DNA of 64,000 nucleotides from Psilocybe cubensis (Eukaryota): positions 1,550,001 to 1,614,000 of the forward strand of contig CM039001.1 of the NCBI GenBank assembly GCA_017499595.2. Direction: 5' to 3'. The notes beneath the pieces were generated by a model. It saw only the letters and a list, made by a program, of their open reading frames with translations, did no database searches and was not told the DNA's origin. Position 1 is the first letter of the stretch. The number at the start of each line of letters is the position of its first letter. Below are positions 12,707 to 26,235 of this stretch, one piece after another. The position numbers and the translations under genes were made by a program.

Positions 12707-14967
12707 ATGACGCGCCGCCCGCCCATCACGTGTGCGTCAACAGTAATCGGCGACACCGAAGTTCTTCAAGAACCTCACTCATCCCCCCCAGCGTCTCATC
12801 ATATAGATCACAATGCGCATGTGCTCGTCAGAGAAGGTTCCTTCGAGAGTGAAGATGGCTTTCCGGAAGTAACTGAGGTGCGACTCACCAGACATACTAC
12901 TCGGACGGACTTTCGCTGATTCTCCGCATACTTTCAGGATGGCCATGAACGCATGTCTCCCAGTGCCCTAATCGCTCACAGATACAGACTTTCTACCCAG
13001 AAGGAAAGTCTACGTATGCAAATATCTACAACAGCCTACCAGATCTCAAGTGAACGGCCAGTCGCTGACACATGGTCAAGATCTGTGACATTTGAAGACG
13101 AAGTCGAGGACAAAGATAGGAAGCTGAAACAGAGACTGGAGGAGTCATCCATTGTTCGTCACATAGTAAGTAGCTGTTTTGTCGTCGGATACCTCCTTTA
13201 ACTGTTTACAGCTCTGCAATATACCTCCTACCATCATCGACCACACGGAACAATCGGTCGACATACTCGAAGATAATGCCCGGCATGCAAGTAACTGTAT
13301 GAAAACATTATGATGTTTTGCTAATCATTTACCTACATATAGTCTGTCCTTGAGCATTTCAGACGAACGCCCCATACCATTGTCTTGGACTCATTCCGTC
13401 CTACCTCTTACCCTCACATCGTCATCACACCACCCCCAGACACATGGGAAAATTCTGCATACAACAATCGCATCAATCCTCAAAATATCGCTTCACTTAG
13501 TGTTCCGCCCTTATACTTGACAACCTGTCGTACCGCAACTTATGAAGAGTGGAAGTCGATTGTATATTCTTATCCCAAATTTACAAATAGACCCTGCACT
13601 GTCTTTGGTGCATTTAATTATCCTAGGTTTTGCCGGAATGTATGCAACTTAATCTGTGCTGCATAAATGGCTAATCAATCCTTCCACAGATTCAACGCGC
13701 CATGGCCGAAAATTGTTCTGCAAGGACTCGCGCAGCATCTTTGGCGACTCATCGGCTTCTACGTCGTTATGTTGTACGTCGGACTTTTTTTTCATAAAAA
13801 TACATTGAGAATTGACGTATCATGTAGGCAATGGTGGCCAGTCAACAAGCGTCTACTTTTTGTAGGACGTATATCTGCGAATACATCGACAACATTCGAA
13901 AGTCGAGAGTCGACCCGAAGACAATGGTCCCACAAAAGGTCTTTTCCCCGTCTGCATTCCAAGAATATGTGCGTAGACGAACGGACACCAATGACAATAT
14001 CTCACTTTGTTTTTTCTTAGGTTAACCATACGAACGACGAAAGGAATCACCCAATGACGAAAGCAGCTATGGATGTTACACATCGTCTCTTACTGAGGCT
14101 TGAGGTATGAATTACCTTCTCGTGGATGAAGTTTGTGTCTAAATGTACCTGGTTTATACAGGCCATCAAGGCAAGCTCAATAGCTACAGAATGGCGATCA
14201 CGGTACGACGACCCCCAGTTTCTTGCTTCCGTTGACAGACGGTTCAGCTGGCAATGGAATGACCCGGCAGACGTTAGTTTCGTACATTCTCTAACTTGAA
14301 CGATTACCTGACATGACTTGACTAGCCAATATTTCATCATCTTGGACCTAGACCGGTCAACGTCACGGTCATACATTCAACATTCCCATGTTCTGCTCCC
14401 CACATCGTGATACATGGTACAGAGCCCAACGACCCATGGACGTTATGGGGAAATTCAACAGGCGTCCAAGATTGTGCATATGGCAATGCTCTGGTTGTTA
14501 TATCTACTAAAACCAAAGGTGTTCCATTGGCTTACATCAACACTCCTGGCGATGAAACCGACAGTTATTCGAGCATTCTCGCTTCCCCCGATCATGATGA
14601 ATTTGGTGTCTCCGAAGATGGCTCCTCCTTCTGTTCTAATACTTCAGGCCCTGGCACTCCAACAGAATTGCAGAGGGTTGGTAGTGGCTTCTTCTCCGAG
14701 GCAATTGATGAAGATCTTGTTAAATGTCGCTATGAAAGCTATTCAGCATATATATCTGGGCTCCACAACGACATCGCTATCAATACTGCAGAGGATGATC
14801 CAAATTCTTTGTATACCCCATCACATACATCATCGGGCAAATTTTATATTGCAGATGATGATGATGAAGATGAAGATGAAGGGCCACCTGAATATGACGA
14901 GTGGTACATCTCAATCGCCAATCGTACTGGATTAACTGAACAAACAGGAACAGATCTATCTACATAA
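12707..14967 (+). CDS. Hypothetical protein with PxIxIT motif and acidic C-terminus, multi-exon
   Basis: Exons join in frame through short introns (GC-AG at 13287-13342). Contains YPHIVITPPP and a C-terminal DDDDEDEDEGPPEYDEWY. Confidence 0.7.
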
Positions 14968-16605
14968 TGGACTTCTCCTCTGGTCTTTTGCTGCTGTGCC
15001 CATCTTTGCATTCGCTTCATATAATGTTGTTATCATATAGCCCATTTACTCAATATGCTAATCCTAGTACCCTATAATTTACTTTTTATAGTATTATACA
15101 CATGATTCTGTATGTTTTACCCCACCTGTACTTGTATACATTTGTTATACGGCCAATGCCATTGGATTATTTTTTTTTTACTTAAGTGTTTGTACTTTCA
15201 TTGATCTGTTCTTGCTCCTCAAATGCCCCCACGTTCCCCCACTAGGTCCAGCCTCTCCTAGACTATTTAGGGTAGCTTCGCCGGTGTTCATACAGTTTAT
15301 ACACCCTCCTGTGAAATCGCGCTGTAATGCCATTGCTTATTTCTTACAGTGGTTAATGAGGGATTTGTGTAAGTATTAGATGCCACTAAACTCTGGAAAT
15401 TCACACAAATGCCTGCAAATATAGAGGTTATGCTGGGTTAGATTAATCATTAACGAAATTACTGTACAATCTGAAAGAGGATTGATTCAAATTCTCTAGG
15501 CAAGCACTCACTTTCTATCTATTGCATTGGAATTCTTGATTGCTTTTCAACGATAGTTCTCCATACGAGCCTTGAGTGGAAATGTGAAATCATGCACCAT
15601 TCAACTGACCTCCAAAAACCTTCCGAAGAGACGGACATCGATGCCACAGGCAATGCGCACTTTAATAATGCCAACGTAAACATTGTGATTGCGTCCTCGA
15701 CGCATGAAGTTAGCAATGAATTGTGTGTTATGTCTAGGAAGTCTGATCTCGACAAATAGACAGGGATCGGGAGTGATAAAAAAAGTTTAATGTAGGATAA
15801 AAAGATGTGTGATGTACATTATATCCAAGGAGAGTATCAGTTAGAGGAGGCGGTAAAAGGAAATGGAATGAACGTGAGATCAGACTCGGGTGAGGAGAAG
15901 AGGGATGTACAACAACAGGCCAAGGGAAGGGAATAATTTAGATGATGTGCTAAATTGCAGATAGAGCACGAGGCATCGAAAATGGTTTAAAGAGGGAATT
16001 GAATACAACATAGATGGAAAGGATAAGGTGTAAATCACACAAATTTTCGACGCAACGAAAGAATTGGATAGCTGGTGGACACATAAGCATTCAAACACAA
16101 CACATATCGCAAGAGAAACAAGGATACATTAAACAACATTGACCATGGAAGAATTGCTCTACTTGCATAGATTGGAGCAGGAGGCACGGTCGGGGTATCG
16201 CGGTTGGAGGGCGACCGAGGGAACAAGTGTCGCCTCGGAACCATCAGTAAGGTAGAATAATACGGTTTGGTGCCCAGGGGCGTTCCACCAGGAAAAGAAG
16301 CTAGGGTCTTCTTTTCCTATATAGTACTTCATGCTCGATGAATCGTAGTGAAATAAGGGATCATCGATCAACTGGTCTTGGCCGCATTAAAGTTAGGTGG
16401 GCTGACGATGTGATGCGAAGGTTGTGTCTGTGAGTAGGAAACCGAGGAATGGCATATCCAGCAGCAAGTAAGGATCGTAGTGTCGTTTTTTCGGCTATGG
16501 TGGAAGGATGTGGGCGGAGATTGGGAGTAGAGAATCATTTACGTGACCGTAAAAATAACCCAGAAAGGAAGCATGCAAGGCAGATGGGGTAGGCGTGTTT
16601 TCAGC

Positions 16606-18455
16606 TTAGCATGATCTCAACAGACTTTGTGCACATAGTGCATCTCTTTTATCGACCTGGATTGCGAAAGAAGAATTCAGATTTAGCACATGACAGTGAA
16701 AATGGATACAAGGATGCGCACCAGTAAATTGGCCGTTTTGAACGTGGAGCTATACATGTGGTTGATGCCACTCTCCTCTAGCACCCTTGAAAAACGGTTG
16801 ACAAGGCCATGTTTGTCTACCGGCAAATCAAGGCAAGTAAGATCCCAATTTTGGACAGATAAAGAAAATGCATACCAAGACCAAAGCGCCGCAAGTCGAT
16901 TTGAAGGCATTTGAGTGAGTTGCTGCTTCTCGGTGATGCATCGTCAACTTCATCATCCTCATCCGACGAGTCCGCCCCTTCTTCCATTCGAAGGTCTGCT
17001 GCATCTAGTTCACCACTACAGATAACCATATGTCGTTCATGCGGGGGAAAGAGCTTAGCTAAAACGTTGACATCGGCAGTCAGTGAAGACCCTTCGGGTG
17101 TTCGAGTAAAACTAAAGAATGGAACAACATGTTCTGATCGTTTGGCTGGGGCATGGAGGGTGGACTGTGTATGAAGAGGTGGCAAATGAGCCTTTGGAGT
17201 ACTTTGTGAAAGTGAACTGATATGTGACATATGATGCTTGGAGGGGGAGTGATATACGGACGGACTATAAGTCGATGAACGCAAATCAGAATGTGAGCGG
17301 GAGGCGTTGACTGTCAGGGTAGTTGCTGAGATATTTTGTGGGGAGTGAGAAAAGTAGCCATCGTCGTCACTTGAAGACGAGGATGAAGAGTCGGATTGTA
17401 GACCGCTAAGAAACAATGACGCAATATTAAGATCCAGAGGGGGAGAGCTGATAGAAAAAGCAGTGGCGCTTTCGGATCTTGAGGACAACGATTTGCGAGG
17501 CGAGGGGGGAATGAGATCCGGAAATGCAACCAATTTAATGAGTTTCAGTCCCCAATGATCAACACCAAATTCCTCGGAGAGTCCAACACACGCCAAATTA
17601 GGTCGTAGAATTTTGACCTCACCTGAGGATGGTGAATGAGACTTATTCCTGGATGATTGTGGGCCTGTATCTGCGGAGGATTTTTCCTGACTTGCAAGAG
17701 GACGTGAAACATCCACATCACTTATGTTGCGAGTTAAAACGGTACCCGCACTGCGGCTTGCAGGAGGGAGGGAGGCTGCAATGGAGTATTCATCGCTGCT
17801 TGGTGAGACAGACGGCGACAGAGATGGGTTGCAGTCGGAGGCATAGAGGTGGAACCCTGCGGATGCAAAAAGTTCCATCGCTTCTTGAAGACGCGATTCC
17901 TTAACCTATTCAAAATTATGAGCGCAGACTATATTTTTGATTGTGGTGAATGACATACGAATATGAAGTCACTCATGTATGAGGATTGGTATAAGATGGA
18001 GATCCCGGCAGCGGCAAGTGGGGCAGAGAGATCATAGACGCGAGTACCCGAATTGTCTGATAGAGCAAAATGAACGTCCCAAAACTGACCCAACAAGAGC
18101 AGCACGTACCCATGCGGTCACTGTGTGAGTCAATCTGCAGAACACTCCATTTCTCATACGAGATCTCGACAGGCTCATAGGCAGGGGTAGTCTGAGGGGC
18201 ACCCTTTCGACTAGAATTTGATCCGGACCTGGAACGCTGCCTTTGGCGATCCTTGCGAGCTATTGGATCAAAGTCGTGTAGCATATGGTGCTCGGCGAAG
18301 ACACTGAGCTCTATTTCATTGCATGTAATGTTGAGAAAAGCCGGGTTTGGATGGAGAAGCTGCCTGAGAACGGGATGAGAAAGAGAGTCTAGACGAGACC
18401 TGGGGATATGGACGAGAGAGAGGGAAACAGGGAGCAGGGATATGGTGACCTGCAT
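16606..18455 (-). CDS. CASTOR/GATS-like tandem ACT-domain protein with Ser-rich insertions
   Basis: FLNITCNEIELSVFA, WSVLQID, LSAPLAAAGISILYQSSYMSDFIFVKE, VPFFSFTRTPEGSSL, LKCLQIDLRRFGLDKHGLVNRFSRVLEESGINHMYSSTFKTANLLV, matching ACT_7/CASTOR motifs. Ends QSLLRSC*. Confidence 0.85.
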
Positions 18456-20791
18456 TGGATGATGGGTGAAGGGGAGGAGGAAACATGGTCACCCATGGCC
18501 AGATAAAAACTCGTACTGCGAGTCATCTTATCCGCTTTTGGCAATAAGACCCCTGTGCGCCACGGTCCGAGTCTCCATGGACCATCTATCAGCGGCTATC
18601 TGACCGATTCTGACCTTGAGATAGACTATTATGAACAAAACCTCACTCTAAGTATTAATACCAATTCACGCCATTAGATATACCCAAAGACAATTATTAT
18701 CAGCTGACAGTTTGTCGAGTAGTAGGTTCAGAATGTGCCCAGAGCTTCAAGTTCAAGATCGATCAGTCTTTTAAATGTTCTGGCTCCCAGGTCGGTCATG
18801 TTCATCAAAGTCCCATCCAGAGAGTCGTAAATATGCTTGCTTCAGAGGGGTCCAAACAGGTTGGGAAAGTCTATAAACGAAAATAACATTCCCCATTAAT
18901 GCATGGTATTCGGAATTCCAAATGCCAATAATAGACCAAGGACTTGTCAAGACTTCGCAGGCGTATTCAACTGGCAGTATCGATTGGAGCGATTTCTATC
19001 TTTTTGAAAAAGAAGGCTGATGGACTGCGATAAAGACACTTTTAATTTCATGTTGGAATTTTTTATCAATCGGTTTGTCCGCACCTTGGAACTGGAAGCG
19101 CTCTCCCGGTGGTCTGGACTATCTAGTACTTACTTCACTTAGTATCTGGTATCTTTATATATGTTGGCAAAATATGAGTGAAATTTGATCCACCCAGTCT
19201 GGCCTCGAGGTTGGGCAAGTCGTTTGTTCTTCATCTAAACGGGCCTGGACCAAGTTTGGTCTCTGACCACAGTCAACTTATCTTTGAATGTACTTGTAAA
19301 CTTGGTCGGCACTGAAAGAAACAACGGATGATGCGTAGAAGTAAGCGCAGTATATTCAGCCTTTTCGAGTAAGCGGAAACAACGTACTCGGGGCAATGGG
19401 CTTCGTGTAGTTACTTTCTACAAGCTTGTCGGAGCTTCATAATCTTGTTTGAGGTTATTACTAATCTCAAATACTAACTTGTGAGTCTACGAGAAGCCTT
19501 GAACCTCAAAGACTAGAGACCTGGGCGTCCCTGAGTAAAACCTTTCTGCTGGACCACAATGTGGTGAGAGTGTCATGCGAAACGGAATAGAGACCACGCG
19601 GAGCAACACTGACAGGGTGTCGCGTTCGGAAAGTGGTATGTCGGTATAGCTAGGTGCAATCAAGTTTTGGTTTTCTTGCCTCAGACAGGAATCAGGTATG
19701 CCATCATAATGATAAAAGAAAATTCTTTGGCCTTACTAGTAGGACTCTTTGGGGAGTTCTTCATCGGAGGGCTTTAGCTTACCTTCCATCGGCTTAGTGC
19801 AATCGAACACCGAGACCATGACCCATCCAACTGTGACCCACTTGTGAAGACCTCAGCAATAGTTAGAAACAGGATTGCGATTAACGGATGGAGATTGAAG
19901 TAGCCTTTGGACATTTGGATGTCATGCTGCCGTGAAATAAGATGAATTCTATGCTTCCTGTGGCAGACACCCATGAGAGCGGGTTGAAATTGACGGCTAT
20001 TTTAGGCATGCAGGTACTTCTTAATACGATCGAGCATCCTCACGACTATATATAACTTCCAATTGATACCTTCAATTGTGCTATAAAATGCACACAATGC
20101 TCAAAGCAGTTGTAGGCAAGTTGTCAATCAATCTCCAAGGCGAAACCCACAAATCCAAACCTGATCCTGAAAGATCATTAGGCGCCCATTTAGCGCCTCC
20201 ACTGAAACCCTACTACTAAGAAAAGGAAAGAGGAATCAGATAATTCAGCAATGACAGGCATATAAATATTCTCCACACGCTCATAGCATCAGTTCTAAAC
20301 CCCGTGTCTGGAGTGCTGTGTACTAGTAGTTGGATTGCCTTTCTAGAGGCTCCAAGAGTCTGGAACGACATTATACTAACCAAATACGACCCACGCTGAT
20401 TTTCGTAAACTTTCTAGGAAGAGAACGCAAACATAATGTATACATGTGTTACATGAAGTACAAAAATCAGAAATATAACTGTATACAGTGTTGAGTATGA
20501 TACACTATGGAGAATGGTTGTGGCTAGTAATGAACAGCATCGGATAGCGAAATGTGAATAAAAGTCCATTGGAAAAACCAAAGCGAGGATGCTGAGTAGA
20601 CGGCTAGATACAATATGATTGGCATGCGTTGAAAAGTGCTGGTGGACATAATTGGTCCAACATTATTGTACATATGAGCTTTGGGGGAAATTGTCCAGGA
20701 AGCCTATAGATAGTTGAGGGAGAGAATGCAGATAGATGTGGTCTGTGATGACCCAGAGCATACAAGTGTGCACCGACATGATACGATTGGA

Positions 20792-21681
20792 TTATGCACG
20801 TTTTCTTTTGCCTTTTTCCGAGTTGCCGCTGGAGCGCTTAGAAGTGACGCGTTTGCGAGGACTGGAATCGTGCCTGGTTAATGATTTCTTATTGTTAGTG
20901 GCAAGTCCAACTTGGGTGCGCGAATTGTTGCTCGATTCCGATGAAGTATTAATCCTTGCACGCTTGGAAGGTTTTGAAGTAGCAATGTTGGTTGGGGTAG
21001 GTCGCTTTCGAAAGGAATACCTGGGCTGTAAAACCCGTGGGATAGCAGGAGACCGCGAATCAAATACGACACTTGAGCAGGAAGTATTGGCTTGAAGTAT
21101 GGGGGGAAATGGCGAAGATGGTACAGGTGTGAGGGGAGAAGAGGAGAAAATTGCGCGCGCTTGAGAGACATTCAAGGAGAATGAGTGGTTGTTCGGCGTG
21201 TTTAAGACGTTTCCATTGTCGCTTTGCACTACGCGTCCGCCTTCGAGGGCAGTCGTTTGTACATTCAGATCTTCGTACGCAGGCATACGCGCGGGAGGAG
21301 CTGGTAAGGGGGCAGGCTCTGTTATCCGCCTTTCCAAATGCTGAGTCGCTTGACTGAGGGGTTGGGAGCCAAGACCCTCATCGGGTTCAGTCGATTGCCG
21401 CACAAGAGGACGTCGTATACTCGGCTGGATCTGGGTGGGCTGTCTACGGTACGGGCGCACTGCAGGCAGCGTGGAATCGAAGGCAAAGTCCTTGACGGAA
21501 ATGCCTAGACTCTGCAGATGGGCAATGGATGGTTGCTCCGACGCATTAGATGGTTGGCCGCTACTGTGGGCAGAGGACTTGACACAGACAATTAGGAACA
21601 CATTTTAATGGAATTTTTGCAGGTGCATTAAGTATATACGTGCTTCTGACTTACATTGTCGGATGTTCTTTCCAAATTCAT
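20792..21681 (-). CDS. Hypothetical disordered, basic-tailed (likely nuclear) protein; 5' end uncertain (may extend to ~21929)
   Basis: 269-aa ORF with LQSLGISVKDFAFDSTLP and a K/R-rich C-terminus. An upstream exon MNLERTSDN ends at a gtaagt donor. Confidence 0.6.
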
Positions 21682-22083
21682 TGTCTTAGCTCTGAATGTT
21701 GTCCGTCTATGAGTTCTTTTAGAACCTTAAGAATGAGTCAGATCTGCCACTTGAAGACTGCTTGACGGTCACACAAGTTGAGTTGAAGTCTTGAAGACGG
21801 CGCGGTATCTAAGCCTTTTTGCTTTGAGTACAATATATGGGTCCCCGTCGTAGACAATGGATGCAATTTGCAACCTGTAATGGTCGTTTGTAACAAAGAG
21901 AGATATGTGCCCTCTATACAGCCAAGCATGACTAAACATTACACTATCACGTGCTAATCTCTCCAATACGGTCCCGGCGCTACCCCAGAGTTGCCATTCT
22001 ATTCCTTAAATCCTCCTGGACGGTCAGTGTTAACAGGCTCACCATATCCTGCTTGACCCGTACAAACCATCGTATCTTTGAGC

Positions 22084-23909
22084 ATGCTCCGTCGGGCATG
22101 GAAACCAATTGCAGCCACAGCGGTCATTGGAACCCCAGCCTACTTGTATTACAAGTCACAGAGCAGTGCACCACAAACTTTTGACGCTTGGATTAGAGTC
22201 AGAGGCCCAAGCGGAAAGTCAGAAATGGCTACACGAACGTTTACTTTGTTGCCTATGAAGGAGCTGGAGGCGCGTATTCGGGAAAACGAAAGCTCAGAGA
22301 CCCACGTGCGGCCTAATGGCCTCACATGGAAATGGACAACAGCTAGCCTTGCTTCTAATGATCCTATCGAAGACGCGTCTGCCAGTCAACTTATAGAGCG
22401 CGACGTCTCCGATCCATCGGCTCCTGGTGACTACCTCTTTTTCGCTGTAATGGACGGCCATGGCGGTTTTGAAACCTCTCGTCTACTTTCACGCGTTCTT
22501 ATTAAAGGTGTCGCGCTTGAGCTCGCCGAGTTGATAAAAAACCCCAAATCTGCACCGCAAGCAGGCCTCCTTGACAGGGTTAGATCTCTTCTTTGGTTAT
22601 CCCCATCTTTTCCCTCTGTCGCTGCTCCTTTAGACGCCAATCCTCTTCGTGTTTCTCAAGCTATAGAACAAGCCTTCACTAAACTGGATAACGAACTCTT
22701 GCAAACACCTCTCCGCATCCTCGCCAATAACATAGATCAAGAGGGCTGGAAGAATAAGCAGTTACCAGATTTAAGTCAACACCCACTTGCATTGACAGCG
22801 ATGCTTCCTGCTATCTCAGGTATGCTGGTGTTCCTCTCAAAAGTTTGATTGCTGATTTTTGTACCTCAGGCAGCTGTGCTTTGATGGCAGTGTTTGATAC
22901 TGTCCACCGCGACTTATATGTGGCTTGCGTAGGGGATTCTAGAGCAGTAGCAGGCGTCTGGGAGCCTACTCAGGATGGTAAAGGGCAATGGCGAATAGAA
23001 GTTCTCAGCGAAGATCAGACAGGACGTAATCCATCTGAATTGGCTCGGTTAGTTATACCCGTAAACTTTTGTGTTTATTACATCGCACGCTGATGTTATC
23101 TACCAGAGTAAGGTCAGAACATCCAAAGGACGAAGAAGACTTTGTGGTTCGTGATGGTCGCATTCTTGGAGGTTTGGAACCCAGCCGTGCGTTCGGGGAC
23201 GCTCGATACAAGTGGCCACGACCCGTCCAAGAAACGTAGGTCTTTGTAAATCATGGACGAAATTATCAGTCTGATCGTGTTCGTACGTCCGACAGATTGA
23301 ACCAAGTGTTCATGGTCGGAAACGACCAACCCATGCGAAATCCCCCCTCGCTGTTCAAGACCCCTCCCTATGTGACCGCGCGCCCAGTGGTTACCCACCG
23401 GAAGATGTCCCTGTCTTCGAGCTCCAATTCGGACCCGACCCAGAAGTCCACCCGTTTCTTGGTTCTGGCAACCGATGGCTTATGGGACCAACTAAGGTAT
23501 GCAATCAGACGCCAGTCGTTCACCTGTCTCAACCTAGTCATCTTCTAGCAACGACGAAGTCGTTAGCCTTGTTGCAGGCCACTTATCTGGCCTTAGGGGT
23601 GTTGTCTCTAAGTCAGAGCTACCTAATCTCGTCCCCACAGTTTTCGGTTCTGCAGGTGTTGAAGGCAAAACAAAAAAGAACAGCGCCAAAGAAGGTTCTT
23701 GGGCGTTCAAAGACGATAACCTCAGCGCTCATCTTATTAGAAATGCCTTTGGAGGCGGTGACGAAGATGCTCTTCGTAAACTCTTGAGCATTCCGGCACC
23801 ACATTCCAGGAGGTATCGCGACGATGTCACTGTCACAGTCGTATGTTGGGAAGAAGGAAACGAGCATGAAGCAAAAGTGGCGACTAACAAGGTCAAGTCG
23901 AAACTATAG
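22084..23909 (+). CDS. PTC5: PP2C-family pyruvate dehydrogenase phosphatase (Ptc5-like) ending in SKL
   Basis: ASNDPIED, FFAVMDGHGG, GSCAL, VACVGDSRAV, GGLEPSRAFGDARYKW, TPPYVTARPVVT, FLVLATDGLWD, RRYRDDVTVTV. N-terminus MLRRAWK plus a hydrophobic stretch; ends KVKSKL*. Confidence 0.95.
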
Positions 23910-24061
23910 CCGGTTTCCCCTGCTTTGCCCGTGTATTCCTAATCATTTATCTCATAACACTGTATTCCATACAACGCTGACATAAATTATAGCACTTTTG
24001 CAGCACGCGCCTGCCAAATACAGTGGGCATATATACACTACCTACAAAACTATACTTATAG

Positions 24062-26235
24062 CTAAATACCCGACCGTCTTCTTCGTTTCGCGTTGTAAGC
24101 ATGACTAAACGGGTTTACTGACTTCGAATGGTATCCTTTAGTCCGCGCCTGTAGAGGCGAACTCGGCACTCTAAAATTTTCTGACGTGGAGTCACTCATT
24201 TTGCGCTTTTTGGCATTAGATGGTGTGTTGCTGTAAAATTTGGATGCAGGAATGGCCTTGGCAGATTCGACAGTTGGAGGCATTGCCGACAAATCTGGGT
24301 TGGTACTTCCTTGACCGCTATCATTTTCTTTGCCCTTGACATCGACATCCATCTTATCCTGGGTTTTCCAAGACGCTGATGATTCCTTGTCATTATCAGA
24401 TTCTTCAGAATCATAATTGCCAAGGCTTTCTAAAGCTGAACTAGCCTTAGCTTTGGCTGCAGCCTGAATCCTGGATTTTAGATTCGCGGCCTGAGGGTCG
24501 GTAGGTGGGTTTGGGGTCAAGTTGGCCACATTTACAGAAATTTCGGCAGAAGGTAACAAGGGGCCAATGAATGGTGCTGAGATTTTAACGCCTTGGTCTT
24601 CATCGGAACTACTTGTTCTTTCTACTTTCTTCACGCCATTGGTGAGACCATTTTTCATAGAAGCCGACGACGATAGCATCTTGTTTGCCAAGGGCGCCTT
24701 GACCGCGGCTTCGAGTCCTTGACCTCGGTTTTGGATGTAGAAAAGCATATATGCATTTCTTTTATCTGTTGGAAGACTTGTTGATGAAACACTTTCATCG
24801 TTCATTTCTGCCCATCGCCCCTCTCTACTTTTAACGAAAGCGTAATAATGACCAGAATTGGGACCACCGCCAGCATGGCAAATTACGCCATAAAGAGAAT
24901 ATGTAGGACCGAATTGACCGTCGCTCATGTACGGTTGCAGTGAAAGTTCCTGATCATACGAAAGAGGGTGGCTGATTTTCTTCCCGAGAGGTGAAAATCG
25001 TTTGAGATGGACGGTGAGAACTAGGGGAGCCTCATGAATCGTGAAATTTTTCTCGGCGTTGACATGCTTCTGACACCTGATGAAAATGAATTGTTGTCAA
25101 AAAAAAAAACTGCGTGGATATATCGCTTACTTCTCGCATTTATATTTATCAGAGCCCTTCAGGTAATCAATAGCAATAAATTTGCGCAAGGCGTCCTTCA
25201 GTGAATCGCACCGGAAAATGTCCAGACTCAAATCAAGAATACGGTCAAATGTGTCGCTATTGTAACCACAGGACCGGCATGTTACTCTTGAGCGCAACCG
25301 GCCGCCAAAAATTTTGTGAACCCATGTTGTTTCTGCCAGCTTGGGATCGATTTTCCTGTAATTGTTGAGTAAGTTTGCAAGGTTGGAGGGTAAAAGGAAC
25401 TTACGGAGGCAGACCCGCAAGACAGGATCTTTGAAGAGCATCAATAGCGTATCGCAGGAACTCGTGAGAGTCTTCTTGTCTCCCCTTGCGCAGGTGTTTC
25501 GCAATATCTGTGTATGCGCCTAAGAGTCGTCATCAGAGGGCGGCTGCGATACTACTCACGCTGTAGGTTATTGGTGATAGGGAAGGGGCTGAATGCGCTT
25601 CGATTGCCTACATGTGCTTTGGTGGCAACCAAGCGTAGAGAGCATGCCATACAGAACGAAGAACTGAGCCGACCTAGAAACATACGTTAAGGAAATCCTA
25701 GTGTCGAAACGAGCCTTAATTACACATACAATCCTCCTTCTTATGCAATATCAAGAGCCTCAGGAGTGGGGGCGTGTGTAAAAGGCATTGGAGAGCACTG
25801 TTGAGAAAGCAGGTATTCCCGCTGTTGTACAGACCGGATCCTAAGCTGCAGGACATTGGCCATGATGTATCTATCGCAGCAGGATACATAGATGTGGTTT
25901 TGACGCCTGTTGAGCGCGGTGGCGCTGGAGTGGCTTTTGCAGGAGTTGAAGGGATTTTCTTGGAAATATCAGCAGGCTAAATGCAATATGAGTGATTTCA
26001 GCACTACTAGTATGAAAACGAGACGCACCTCTGCTTTGGCTGGTTTAGGACTGGCATTTATGGGCTCATACTTACCCTCTGCAACAGCCAGAGTGCCCGA
26101 CGAAGAGCCTTCAACAAACTCTATGGGTGGGGGGAGGAGGTTATTGAAGGCATCCATGTCTTTTGAAGGTCGATAATCATCCTGGCCATGTTGCGTTGAA
26201 AATATCGGGGGTGGAAGCGTCGACACGAGCATCAT
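24062..26235 (-). CDS. Ubiquitin-specific protease (USP36/USP42-like)
   Basis: Cys box GLYNSGNTCFLNSALQCL, QEDSHEFLR, IFGGRLRSRVTC, His box YGVICHAGGGPNSGHYYAFVK...MNDESV. Basic C-terminal tail. Confidence 0.93.

Noticed and set aside
13287..13362. Apparent in-frame TGA (readthrough or editing candidate) in the PxIxIT gene
   Set aside because: Using the GC donor at 13287 and the AG at 13342 gives an open frame (ARH|SVLEHFRRTPH), so no recoding is needed.
15000..16600. Short minus-strand ORFs between the PxIxIT and CASTOR-like genes
   Set aside because: AT-rich, UTR-like composition between convergent genes, with no recognisable motifs.
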